From an uncultured Gemmatimonadales bacterium (GTDB taxonomy: Bacteria; Gemmatimonadota; Gemmatimonadetes; Longimicrobiales; RSA9), in contig CAWCUS010000006.1 of NCBI GenBank assembly GCA_963798845.1, forward strand, positions 896,001 to 960,000: a stretch of 64,000 nt of DNA, given 5' to 3'. Position numbers and translations under genes: made by a program. The first letter of the stretch is position 1; the number at the start of each line of letters is the position of its first letter. Below the pieces are notes generated by a model, which saw only the letters and a program-made list of their open reading frames with translations, did no database searches and had not been told where the DNA came from. This document shows positions 37,802 through 46,609 of this stretch, piece after piece.

Positions 37802-38668
37802 ATGCAGTTCCGCGCAGCCACGCTGCTCATCCTCGCGTCCGCGCTTCCGGCCGCTGCCCAGGCGCGGTCGGGCGAACGCGTCGAATCGCTTCTTGCGGAG
37901 GGCCGCTTCCAGGAGGCCGCCTGGGCCGCGCGCGCTGTCGGCGACACCGCCAGGGCCGACTCCATCCTGAACAGGCTGCGTCGCATCCTGCTCGCCTCCC
38001 CGGAGGAGGCCACCCCGCTGTCCGTCGACAGCCAGGGCGTCTCCTACACGTTCAGGCTCACCAACGGGAGCGGGGTGGAGGCCATCTTCAAGGTCGACGG
38101 TTCGGACATCTTCTGCCCGCAGTGCGGCGCGAGCCGTGAGGTGGCGGTCTACAATGTCGATCGACTGCTGGGGGTCGACCTCACGCCGATGACCGTACCG
38201 CAGCAGATCGTGAACGGGGGCGAGACGGTCCCGGGCTCGGCCATGTACTACATCCGCGATGCCACCCGCCCCGCGGAGCACGGCGAGCGCAAGCCGGACC
38301 TCCTCCGCTTCTTCGACGCGGTCATAGGGAACAGTGACCGTCACGGCGGGAACTGGCTGGCCACGCCCGGCGGTCACGTGGTGGCCATCGACCACAACCG
38401 GGCGTTCGACTACGCGCCACTCCCGCGCTCGAAGTCGTGCTGGGAGACGGAAGTGGACTCGATCTCCAGGCCCGGGCAGCTGGGTGCCCCCTTCGAGCGC
38501 TACCGCACCCTCCCTGCCGACTCCCTCGCCGCCGCGGTCGACGGGGTCCTCGATCCCACGCTCGCCCGCCGGTTCGTGGCCATGCGCGACACCATCGTGG
38601 CGCGCATCCAGGCGCGCGTGCGCAACCCCCGCCACAAGCTCCCGCTCCACGCCTGCGCTCCTGATTGA
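37802..38668 (+). CDS. Secreted atypical kinase (PI3/PI4-kinase-like fold)
   Basis: Signal peptide ending AAA-Q; AIFK, REVAVYNVDRLLG, GNSDRHGGNWL, VAIDHNRAF. Confidence 0.75.
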   Translation: MQFRAATLLILASALPAAAQARSGERVESLLAEGRFQEAAWAARAVGDTARADSILNRLRRILLASPEEATPLSVDSQGVSYTFRLTNGSGVEAIFKVDGSDIFCPQCGASREVAVYNVDRLLGVDLTPMTVPQQIVNGGETVPGSAMYYIRDATRPAEHGERKPDLLRFFDAVIGNSDRHGGNWLATPGGHVVAIDHNRAFDYAPLPRSKSCWETEVDSISRPGQLGAPFERYRTLPADSLAAAVDGVLDPTLARRFVAMRDTIVARIQARVRNPRHKLPLHACAPD

Positions 38669-38709
38669 CGGGAGTTGACAGGTTCCCGGCCGCACCGGAC
38701 CTTCACGCC

Positions 38710-39489
38710 ATGAACAGACTACAGGGGAAGCTCGCGCTCGTCACCGGGGCGAGCTCGGGCATCGGAGAGGCCTGCGCCCGTCGCTTCGCGGCGGAGGGGG
38801 CGGATCTGGCACTGTGGGCGCGGCGAGCCGACCGGCTCGACCGCCTGGGCGAGGAGCTGGCGCGCGAGCACGGCGTAGCCGTCCACACCGCGGCGGTCGA
38901 CGTGCGCGACCGAGAGGCGGTCCGGGAAGCCGTGGACGCGCTCCTCGAGGCGGCCGGACCTCCACACGTGCTGGTGAACAACGCCGGTCTCGCCGCCGGT
39001 CTCGACCGGGTGCAGGAAGGGAGCTTCGACGACTGGGATCGGATGATCGACACCAACATCAAGGGGCTCCTCAACGTGACCAGACTCCTCCTCCCCCCGA
39101 TGATCGATGCGGGGCGCGGACACGTCATCAACATCGGCAGCACGGCCGGCCACCAGGTCTATCCCCGCGGCAACGTCTACAACGCCACCAAGTTCGGCGT
39201 CACGGCGCTGACCGAGGCCATCAACCTCGACCTCGCCGGAACGCCGCTGCGCGTCTCCAGCATCGACCCCGGCTTCGTGGAGACCGAATTCTCCCTCGTC
39301 CGCTTCCACGGGGACGAGGAGCGCGCAGGAGGCGTCTACCAGGGTTTCCAGCCGCTGACCGGCGACGACGTGGCCGACGCCGTCGCCTACGCAGCCAACC
39401 TGCCACCGCATGCGAACGTCCTGCGCATGGTGCTCCTGCCCAGCGCGCAGCGGAACGCCTACGTCGTCGACCGTGAAACGAGAGCCTGA
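38710..39489 (+). CDS. SDR-family oxidoreductase (YdfG-like)
   Basis: TGASSGIG, NNAG, IGSTAG, YNATK, PGFVETEFS. Confidence 0.92.
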   Translation: MNRLQGKLALVTGASSGIGEACARRFAAEGADLALWARRADRLDRLGEELAREHGVAVHTAAVDVRDREAVREAVDALLEAAGPPHVLVNNAGLAAGLDRVQEGSFDDWDRMIDTNIKGLLNVTRLLLPPMIDAGRGHVINIGSTAGHQVYPRGNVYNATKFGVTALTEAINLDLAGTPLRVSSIDPGFVETEFSLVRFHGDEERAGGVYQGFQPLTGDDVADAVAYAANLPPHANVLRMVLLPSAQRNAYVVDRETRA

Positions 39490-39490
39490 A

Positions 39491-39871
39491 ATGGTCATCC
39501 GCGCCGTTCTCTTCGTCGCCCTCCTCGGCACCTTCACCGCCTGCGCCTCCGCCGGCCAGGGCGCCGGAAGCGGGGATTCGCAGGTCATCACGCAGGACGA
39601 GCTGGCGGATGCCGCCCAGACGAATCTCCTCGACCTCATCCAGTCGATCCGGCCCCACTGGCTCCGCTATCGGGGCAGCACCAGCTTCACCCATGAGCCC
39701 GAGATCGTGGTCTACGTCAACGGCGTCCGCGCCGGCAGTCTGGACGAGCTCTCCCGAATCTCGCCGGTCAACGTGAGGGAGGTCCACCGCTACACCGCTG
39801 CGCAGGCCCAGTACCGGTTCGGCGTGGGGAACGTGCATGGCGCCATCGACGTCACCACGAAGACGCGGTGA
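39491..39871 (+). CDS. Stand-alone TonB-dependent-receptor plug-like lipoprotein
   Basis: Lipobox FTAC; VITQDEL, VVYVNG, ISPVNVREV, AQYRFG, GAIDVTTK. Confidence 0.75.
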   Translation: MVIRAVLFVALLGTFTACASAGQGAGSGDSQVITQDELADAAQTNLLDLIQSIRPHWLRYRGSTSFTHEPEIVVYVNGVRAGSLDELSRISPVNVREVHRYTAAQAQYRFGVGNVHGAIDVTTKTR

Positions 39872-39878
39872 CACCGCG

Positions 39879-41651
39879 ATGAGGAGAGCACGCGCGGGCG
39901 AGGCGGTGTGCGCCCTGGTTTGGCTGGCCGGAGTGCTGGCGGGGTGTGGCGCTCCTGCGGTGCCTGCGTCGTCTCCGCCTGTCGAGCGGCGGTGGCCGGC
40001 CGATTTCGCTGCGCAGGTGATGGTGCCGGCGGAGGCACCGGCCCGGGCGGACTCGGGGATGGTGGTGTCGGCGCAGCTGCTGGCGAGCCAGGTGGGCGCG
40101 CAGGTGCTGCGCGAAGGCGGCAACGCAGTGGACGCCGCGGTGGCGACCGGGCTGGCGCTGGCAGTGGTGTACCCGCGGGCCGGCAACATTGGGGGCGGCG
40201 GGTTCATGGTCGTGCGGCTGCCGGACGGGCGGGCGACGACCGTGGACTTCCGGGAGCGGGCGCCGGCGGCCGCTGGCGCGGGGATGTGGCTGGACTCGGC
40301 GGGCGAATACAGCCAGACGCTGCACCACATGAGCTACCGGTCCGTGGGTGTGCCCGGGACCGTGGCGGGATTCGAGTTCGTGCACGGGCGGTACGGCCGC
40401 CTGCCGTGGGCGGACCTGGTGGAGCCGGCTGTCCGGCTCGCGCGCGACGGATTCGAGCTGACGCCCGGGCTGGCGGCATCGCTGGCGGGCGTGCTCCCGG
40501 ATCTGGCGAAGTACCCGGCGAGCGTGGCGGCGTACACGGACCATGGCCGCCCGTACGAGGCTGGGGAGGTGCTGCGCCAGCCGGACCTGGCCGCAACACT
40601 GGAGCGGATCCGGGACCGGGGTGCCGCCGGCTTCTATCGGGGTGAGACCGCGCGCCTGATCGCGGCGGAGATGGAGCGGGGCGGTGGGCTGATCACGGCC
40701 GAGGACCTGGCGGCCTACCGTGCAGTGGAGCGTGCTCCGGTGACCGGGACGTACCGCGGCTACGGTATCATTGGGATGCCGCCGCCGTCGAGCGGCGGGG
40801 TGGTGCTGGTGGAGATGCTGGACATCCTCGAGGGGTACGACCTCGGGTCGATGCGGCACAACGGGGCGGAGTACCTGCACTATCTGGCGGAGGCGATGCG
40901 CCGGGGCTACCGCGACCGGGCGCGGTACCTGGGCGACCCCGACTTCGTCGACATGCCGGTGGAGCGGCTGACGAGCAAGGCGTACGCGGCGGAGCAGCGC
41001 GCGACCATCGACCCGTACGCGGCCTCGGAATCGGCCGTGGAGGATGTGCAGCCGGCGTCGGAGAGCAGGGAAACGACGCACTACTCGGTGGTGGACGGCG
41101 ACGGCATGGCGGTCGCGACGACCTACACGCTGGAATACAGCTACGGGTCGCGGATCGTCGTGGCCGGAGCGGGCTTTCTGCTCAACAACGAGATGGGCGA
41201 CTTCAACGCGGCGCCCGGGCTGACCACACGCGGCGGCCTCATCGGGACGGAGGCCAACCTCGCCGCTCCCGGCAAGCGGATGCTGTCGAGCATGACGCCG
41301 ACGATCGTGACGCGCCCGGACGGGACGCTGTTCGCGGTCATCGGCACGCCGGGCGGCCGGACCATCATCAACTCGGTCCTTCAGGTGACGCTCGACCTCA
41401 TCGATTTCCACATGGGCGTCCTGGAGGCGGTGGAGGCGCCGCGGATCCACGAGCAGTGGCTCCCCGACCGCGTCACCATGGAGTGGGCGGCGTGGGGCGA
41501 CACGGTGATCGCAGACCTGGAGCAGCGCGGGTACGTGCTGGACGTGGGCGGGACGCAGGGCACCGTTCACGCCATCGAGATCGCCCCGGACGGCACACGA
41601 CTGGGGGCGCCCGACCCGCGCGACCCCGACGCGGCCGCGGTGGGCAACTAG
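39879..41651 (+). CDS. ggt: Gamma-glutamyltransferase
   Basis: GGNAVDAAVA, GNIGGGGF, DFRERAP, VGVPGTVAG, PPPSSGG, ETTHYSVVD, LNNEMGDF, RMLSSMTP. Confidence 0.95.
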   Translation: MRRARAGEAVCALVWLAGVLAGCGAPAVPASSPPVERRWPADFAAQVMVPAEAPARADSGMVVSAQLLASQVGAQVLREGGNAVDAAVATGLALAVVYPRAGNIGGGGFMVVRLPDGRATTVDFRERAPAAAGAGMWLDSAGEYSQTLHHMSYRSVGVPGTVAGFEFVHGRYGRLPWADLVEPAVRLARDGFELTPGLAASLAGVLPDLAKYPASVAAYTDHGRPYEAGEVLRQPDLAATLERIRDRGAAGFYRGETARLIAAEMERGGGLITAEDLAAYRAVERAPVTGTYRGYGIIGMPPPSSGGVVLVEMLDILEGYDLGSMRHNGAEYLHYLAEAMRRGYRDRARYLGDPDFVDMPVERLTSKAYAAEQRATIDPYAASESAVEDVQPASESRETTHYSVVDGDGMAVATTYTLEYSYGSRIVVAGAGFLLNNEMGDFNAAPGLTTRGGLIGTEANLAAPGKRMLSSMTPTIVTRPDGTLFAVIGTPGGRTIINSVLQVTLDLIDFHMGVLEAVEAPRIHEQWLPDRVTMEWAAWGDTVIADLEQRGYVLDVGGTQGTVHAIEIAPDGTRLGAPDPRDPDAAAVGN

Positions 41652-41661
41652 AGCCCGGCCG

Positions 41662-42421
41662 CTACCACCAGCGGGCTTCCGCCCGGGTCGGCCGCAGGGG
41701 AGCCCTCCCACGCTTGGCCGCGACGCGATTCCGGTTCTCGAACAGCTTGATCAGGAGCACGCCGGCGATGAAGCCGCCGATGTGCGCGAATACGGCAACG
41801 CCGCCGGTGGCGGAGGGGCTCACCGAGCCGGCGAGCACCTGGAGGGCGAACCACTCGCCCAGGATGAGCCAGGCGGGGATCGGGATCACCCGGATGAAGA
41901 TGATGATGATGAAGAGGGTGTGGATCCGGACGCGCGGGTAGAGCAGCAGGTACGCGCCCATCACTCCGCTGATCGCGCCCGAGGCCCCGACGGTGGGAAT
42001 GGGTGATCCCGGCGCGCTGTACACGTGGGTGACGGCGGCGATGGTGCCGGTGAGCAGGTAGAAGACCAGAAAGCGAACGTGCCCCGTGCTGTCCTCGATG
42101 TTGTTCCCGAAGATCCACAGGAACCACATGTTGCCCAGCAGGTGCAGCCAGCCGCCGTGCAGGAACATGCTCGTGAACACTGCCAGCCCAGCGGAACCCG
42201 CCCAGCTCGCACGGGAGCGCGTGCACCCCCGGTGGCAGCGGCGCGAGGCGGCCCGTGAGCTCGGCCGGTATGGCGCCGAAGGCGCACACCGAGTCGCGCA
42301 GCACGGTCGGCTCGATTCCCGCACCCTGGATCATCACCCAAACCGCCACGTTGATGGCGATGAGCAGGATGGTGATGATAGGGAAGCTGTCGGTCGGGTT
42401 GTCGTCGTAGAGAGGGAACAT
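41662..42421 (-). pseudogene. Rhomboid intramembrane serine protease split by a +1 frameshift (or sequencing error)
   Basis: N-terminus MFPLYDDNPT lies in one frame; TSMFLHGGWLHLLGNM, GASGAISG and AHIGGF lie in another; deleting one base in the CCC at 42187-42189 restores ...FRWLAVFTSMFLH. Confidence 0.8.
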
Positions 42422-42595
42422 GGAAGCAACCTAGGCGGCCGCCGCCGTCCGCGGGAGACGGGGCGGCGTTCGACCCGACTGTCCGGAAATGGGCGGGTCG
42501 GTCCGGTTCCGGTACAGCGGCGGCCTCCGGGGGCGCCGGGCTCAGGCTGGTTCAAATCTCCATTTCACAGGCGCTTCCGGAGTGCGCCGCCCGTG

Positions 42596-42610
42596 TGGCA
42601 CCGTGGTTGC
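42596..42610 (+). promoter_or_regulatory. Sigma54 -24/-12 promoter TGGCACCGTGGTTGC
   Basis: Exact TGGCAC-N5-TTGC, 50 bp upstream of the ADOP permease start. Confidence 0.7.
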
Positions 42611-42660
42611 CCCCTGGACTCCGCCGTCGGCCGTCGCCACCCCCCCTGACCGGTGTCTCC

Positions 42661-45090
42661 ATGCGCGACCTGATCCGCGACCTCCGTCTCGCCTTCCGCA
42701 CGCTGCGACGCCGTCCGCTCTTCCTCGGGGCCGCCGTGCTGACGCTCGCCCTCGGGACGGGGGCGGGGGCAGGTGTGTTCAGCGTGGTGGAGTCGTCACT
42801 GATCCGGCCGCTGCCGTTCCGGGAGCCGGACCGGCTCGCGGTGGTCTGGGGCGTGGCGGGCCCGGAGCGGGACGTGCGGGGTGCGTCCGTGGTGGAGATC
42901 CGCGACTGGGACGAGGCTGTGGACGCGCTGGGGCCACTGTCGCGCTACAACGCGACGACCGTGAACGCGAGCGGCGAGGGGGAGGCGACGCAGCTCCGAG
43001 CGGAGATGGTGTCGCCGGGCTTCTTCGGGATCCTGGGGGTGGCGCCGGCGCTCGGCCGCGCGCTCGTCGCCGAGGACGACGAGCCCGGCGCGGCCGGGAG
43101 CGCGGTGATCTCGTACGACCTCTGGCAGCGGCGGTACGGAGGTGACGGCGCTGTGCTGGGTCGGGAGGTCCTGCTGAACGGGACATCGTTCTCGATCGTG
43201 GGCGTGATGCCGGCGGGGTTCAGGGGTCTGAGCTTCGACACGGAGGTGTGGCTGCCGCTGGGCCCGTTCGCGACGCCCGACCTCTTCGCGCAACGGGGCG
43301 GTCGCTGGCTCGCGGCGGTAGGCCGGCTTGCGCCGGGGGCGGGAATGGACGCCGCACAGGCGCAGCTGGACGCGGTCGCGGCGAGGCTGGCCGAGGCGTA
43401 CCCCGAGACCAACGGTGACCGCGGCGCGATGCTGCTCCCGCTCCGCGACTTCTACGTGGCGGGCAGCCGATCGCTCCTGCTCATGGTGCTGGGCGCCGTC
43501 GCGCTCCTGATCGCGGTGGCCTCCGCCAACGTGGCCAACCTGCAGCTGGTGCGGGCGCTGGAGCGGAACCGCGAGCTGGCCGTGCGCCACGCCCTGGGTG
43601 CCGGTCGGGGCCGGATCGCGCGGGAGCTTCTGGCGGAGAGCGTCGTCCTGGCGATCCTCGGTGGGGCGGCGGGGCTGGCGCTGGCGTGGCTCGGGCTTGG
43701 CGCGCTCGTGCCGCTGATCCCGGTGGGAGTCCTGCCGCCCTACGCCTCGCCGTCGGTGGACCTGCCCGTTCTGGCGTTCGGCCTGGGCGTTGCGCTGCTC
43801 ACGGGACTGGCGTTCGGGCTGGTCCCGGCGCTCAGGGGCGGGATCGTGGACGTGGGGGCCGTGCTGCGGAGCGGCGGCCAGAGGATGACGCAGGGAAGCG
43901 GCTCGCGGCGCCGCGCGGGGGCGCAGCAGGTCATCGTGGTGGGGGAAGTCGCCCTGACGCTGGTCCTGCTGGTGGGGGCGGGGATGGCGCTCCGGAGCCT
44001 GCGGGAGCAGCTGGCGATCCGGCCCGGGTTCCGGGCGGATGGCGTGCTCGCGGCGACGGTGTCGCTCTCGGGCGCCGACTACGATCGGGCCGGCAGGGCG
44101 GCGTTCGCCCGGGACCTTCTGGAGCGCGTCGAATCCGTGGCGGGCGTGGACGCCGCGGCCCTGACGTCGGACCCGCCGCTGCGCGGGAGCTCGAGCGCCG
44201 CATTCATCTTCCGGGCGGAGGACCCGGTCTCGCCGGAGACCCGGATCCGCTTCTACCGCCACTCGGTGACGCCATCCTTCTTCGCGACGCTGGGCATCCC
44301 CATCGTGCGCGGTCGCGGCTTCACCGACGCGGACGAGGAGGGCTCCCCGCCGGTGGTGGTGGTGAGCGAGGCGTTCGCGGCCCGGGTGTGGCCGGGCCAG
44401 GGTGCCTTGGGCCGCCGCGTCCTGCTCGGCGACGACACCGCCACCGTGGTCGGAGTGGCCGGCAACGTCAGGCAGCGCACGCTCACCACCAGCCTCATGG
44501 ACCCGGGTGAGGATCCAGACGTCTACATCGCCTACGCGCAGCTTCCCACGGGGAGCTTCGACATCCTGGCGCGGACCCGCCGCGACGCCGGGCTCCTGGC
44601 CGCGCCGATCCGAGCGCAGCTGAGCGCGCTGGACCCGTCGCTCCCGCTGTTCGCGGTGGCCCCGCTCGGCGATGCCCTGGCGGCGCAGACGGCGCTCTCC
44701 CGGCTCGTCTCCGTGCTTCTCGGCGTGTTCGCCGCGCTGGCGCTCGCCGTCGCGGCCGTCGGGCTCTACGGCGTGCTGGCATTCGTGGTCCGGGGGCGCA
44801 GGAAGGAGCTCGCCGTTCGGTCCGCCATGGGCGCGGAGCCGTGGCAGCTGCTGGCCGACGTGGTGCGCCACGGCCTCGTGCTCGGGGCCATCGGGGTGGC
44901 GATCGGCCTCGCGGGCGCCGTGGCCGCCGGCCGTCTCGCCGCTTCGCTCCTCTACGGAGTGGGGGCGGTCGAGCCGCTGGTGCTCGCCGGCACGGCGCTG
45001 CTCCTGCTCCTCATCACCGCGGCAGCGAGCTGGCTCCCGGCCCGACAGGCGACGCGGGTTGATCCCGCCGGGGTGCTGGCGGAGGAATAG
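42661..45090 (+). CDS. ADOP-type duplicated MacB/FtsX ABC permease
   Basis: DLRLAFRTLRRRP, NVANL, RELAVRHALGAGR, AVGLYGVLAF, PARQATRVDP. Confidence 0.9.
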   Translation: MRDLIRDLRLAFRTLRRRPLFLGAAVLTLALGTGAGAGVFSVVESSLIRPLPFREPDRLAVVWGVAGPERDVRGASVVEIRDWDEAVDALGPLSRYNATTVNASGEGEATQLRAEMVSPGFFGILGVAPALGRALVAEDDEPGAAGSAVISYDLWQRRYGGDGAVLGREVLLNGTSFSIVGVMPAGFRGLSFDTEVWLPLGPFATPDLFAQRGGRWLAAVGRLAPGAGMDAAQAQLDAVAARLAEAYPETNGDRGAMLLPLRDFYVAGSRSLLLMVLGAVALLIAVASANVANLQLVRALERNRELAVRHALGAGRGRIARELLAESVVLAILGGAAGLALAWLGLGALVPLIPVGVLPPYASPSVDLPVLAFGLGVALLTGLAFGLVPALRGGIVDVGAVLRSGGQRMTQGSGSRRRAGAQQVIVVGEVALTLVLLVGAGMALRSLREQLAIRPGFRADGVLAATVSLSGADYDRAGRAAFARDLLERVESVAGVDAAALTSDPPLRGSSSAAFIFRAEDPVSPETRIRFYRHSVTPSFFATLGIPIVRGRGFTDADEEGSPPVVVVSEAFAARVWPGQGALGRRVLLGDDTATVVGVAGNVRQRTLTTSLMDPGEDPDVYIAYAQLPTGSFDILARTRRDAGLLAAPIRAQLSALDPSLPLFAVAPLGDALAAQTALSRLVSVLLGVFAALALAVAAVGLYGVLAFVVRGRRKELAVRSAMGAEPWQLLADVVRHGLVLGAIGVAIGLAGAVAAGRLAASLLYGVGAVEPLVLAGTALLLLLITAAASWLPARQATRVDPAGVLAEE

Positions 45091-45110
45091 CGGCTCGGGC
45101 GGATCGTCGT

Positions 45111-45950
45111 CTACCGGCTCCCGCCGCCCGGCGCGATGCCGCGCAGGAAGCCGAAGACAGACGGCCAGGCCTGCCGGATCGCCTCCAGGTTGGCCCCGTC
45201 CCGCCCCGATTGCTGCCGTGCGAACCCATGGCCGGCCCCGGGGAATACGTGCGCGGTGTAGCGGCCGCCGAGCACCGACTCGGCCCGCGGGACAGTGGCG
45301 GTGACGCGCGCATCATCGCCGCCGTACAGACCGAGCACGGGGGTGCGCACGCGCCCGAGAGCGGCCGAGTCCGGCGACGTGCCATAGAAGACGATGGCCG
45401 CCATGAGGCTGTCCGCATAGCGCGTGGCGTGCTGGAAGGAGGTGGTGCCTCCCCAGCAGAAGCCCAGGGTCGCGTACCGTGGCTGCGCGGCGGGAAGGCC
45501 CATGGCGTACTCGGCCGCGGCCCGGATCCTCCGCTGAACCTGGTCGGCGTCGAGCTCCCGGATGGCGGCTACCGCGGCCTGCCGCTCGGGGTCGCCTGCC
45601 CCCGTGGTGGGGATGTCCTGGCCCGACAGCAAATCCGGAGCGACGGCCAGGTAGCCCTGCTTCGCCACGTCGTCCGCCACCGCGCGGACCCAGTTGGTGA
45701 GGCCGAAGATCTCGTGGATGACGACGACCACCGGCGCAGGCCCGCTCCGCTCCGGGTAGACGACCCAGGCCCGCAGGCTGTCCGCGCCGCCGGCGGACAC
45801 GGTCACCCATTCGCCATGGCGGGGTGATGCGTTCAGGGCGTCGACGGCGTGCTCGGCGTCGGGTGGAAGGACGTCGCCCGGCGCCTGCGCCCGGGCCTGG
45901 GCGGCGAACAGGGTCAGCGCGAGGACGAAGGTGAAACGTGTGCGGGGCAT
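45111..45950 (-). CDS. Dienelactone hydrolase-family protein (secreted)
   Basis: SPRHGEWV, IHEIFGL, APDL, GFCWGG, DARV, GAGHGF. Confidence 0.9.
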   Translation of the reverse strand: MPRTRFTFVLALTLFAAQARAQAPGDVLPPDAEHAVDALNASPRHGEWVTVSAGGADSLRAWVVYPERSGPAPVVVVIHEIFGLTNWVRAVADDVAKQGYLAVAPDLLSGQDIPTTGAGDPERQAAVAAIRELDADQVQRRIRAAAEYAMGLPAAQPRYATLGFCWGGTTSFQHATRYADSLMAAIVFYGTSPDSAALGRVRTPVLGLYGGDDARVTATVPRAESVLGGRYTAHVFPGAGHGFARQQSGRDGANLEAIRQAWPSVFGFLRGIAPGGGSR

Positions 45951-46040
45951 GACGCGCTCCTGGTCCGAGGGGAGAGGTCGGGCGCCGGGACGTGGCCGGA
46001 GAGCCAAGATGAAGCCGTCCGGCGCGTCGGGACAAGGCGG

Positions 46041-46577
46041 TCAACCGTACTTGTGCAGGATTCTCCGCACGGTGTTCAACGTACGCATCGTACTGCTCGC
46101 TCCGCCGGTGAGGCGGCCCGGATCGGAGGCCGGGATGACGGAGTCGCTCAAACGCCCTCGTCGGAACCAGAAGATCTCGCGGCCACGGGCCCTGAACAGG
46201 TCGTCGGGCGTCTCCATTGACGCGAGATCGCGCAGCACGGAATCGGGCGGCGCGGCGTGCAGGAAGATGACGTGGACCTTGAACCCTTCCTGCTCGGCGG
46301 CGGCCGCTTCCGGGAATGCGGCGACCTGCTCGAGCGCGTGCATCCGGCGAAGGAAGGTATCGACCGGGTAGGCCAGCGACGCCTCCAGGTGCGAGCCGAG
46401 GCGGGTGGCAAGGGCATCCACGTCCTCGCCCGGGTCGTCGAACACCACGTTCCCGCTGGCCAGGAAGGTGGCCACGTTCGCCAGACCGGCGGCGGCGACG
46501 ACTTCGGACAGCCGGTCCATGGTCAGCCGTCGCCTCCCCAGGTTGATGCCGCGGAGGAATGCGACGATCCGGAGCAC
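46041..46577 (-). CDS. DUF1697 family protein
   Basis: VAFLRGINLG, TFLASGNVVF, TMRTLNTV. Confidence 0.88.
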   Translation of the reverse strand: MLRIVAFLRGINLGRRRLTMDRLSEVVAAAGLANVATFLASGNVVFDDPGEDVDALATRLGSHLEASLAYPVDTFLRRMHALEQVAAFPEAAAAEQEGFKVHVIFLHAAPPDSVLRDLASMETPDDLFRARGREIFWFRRGRLSDSVIPASDPGRLTGGASSTMRTLNTVRRILHKYG

Positions 46578-46609
46578 GCGCCGGGGGCTGCCCGGTCATC
46601 ATGCCGGCC

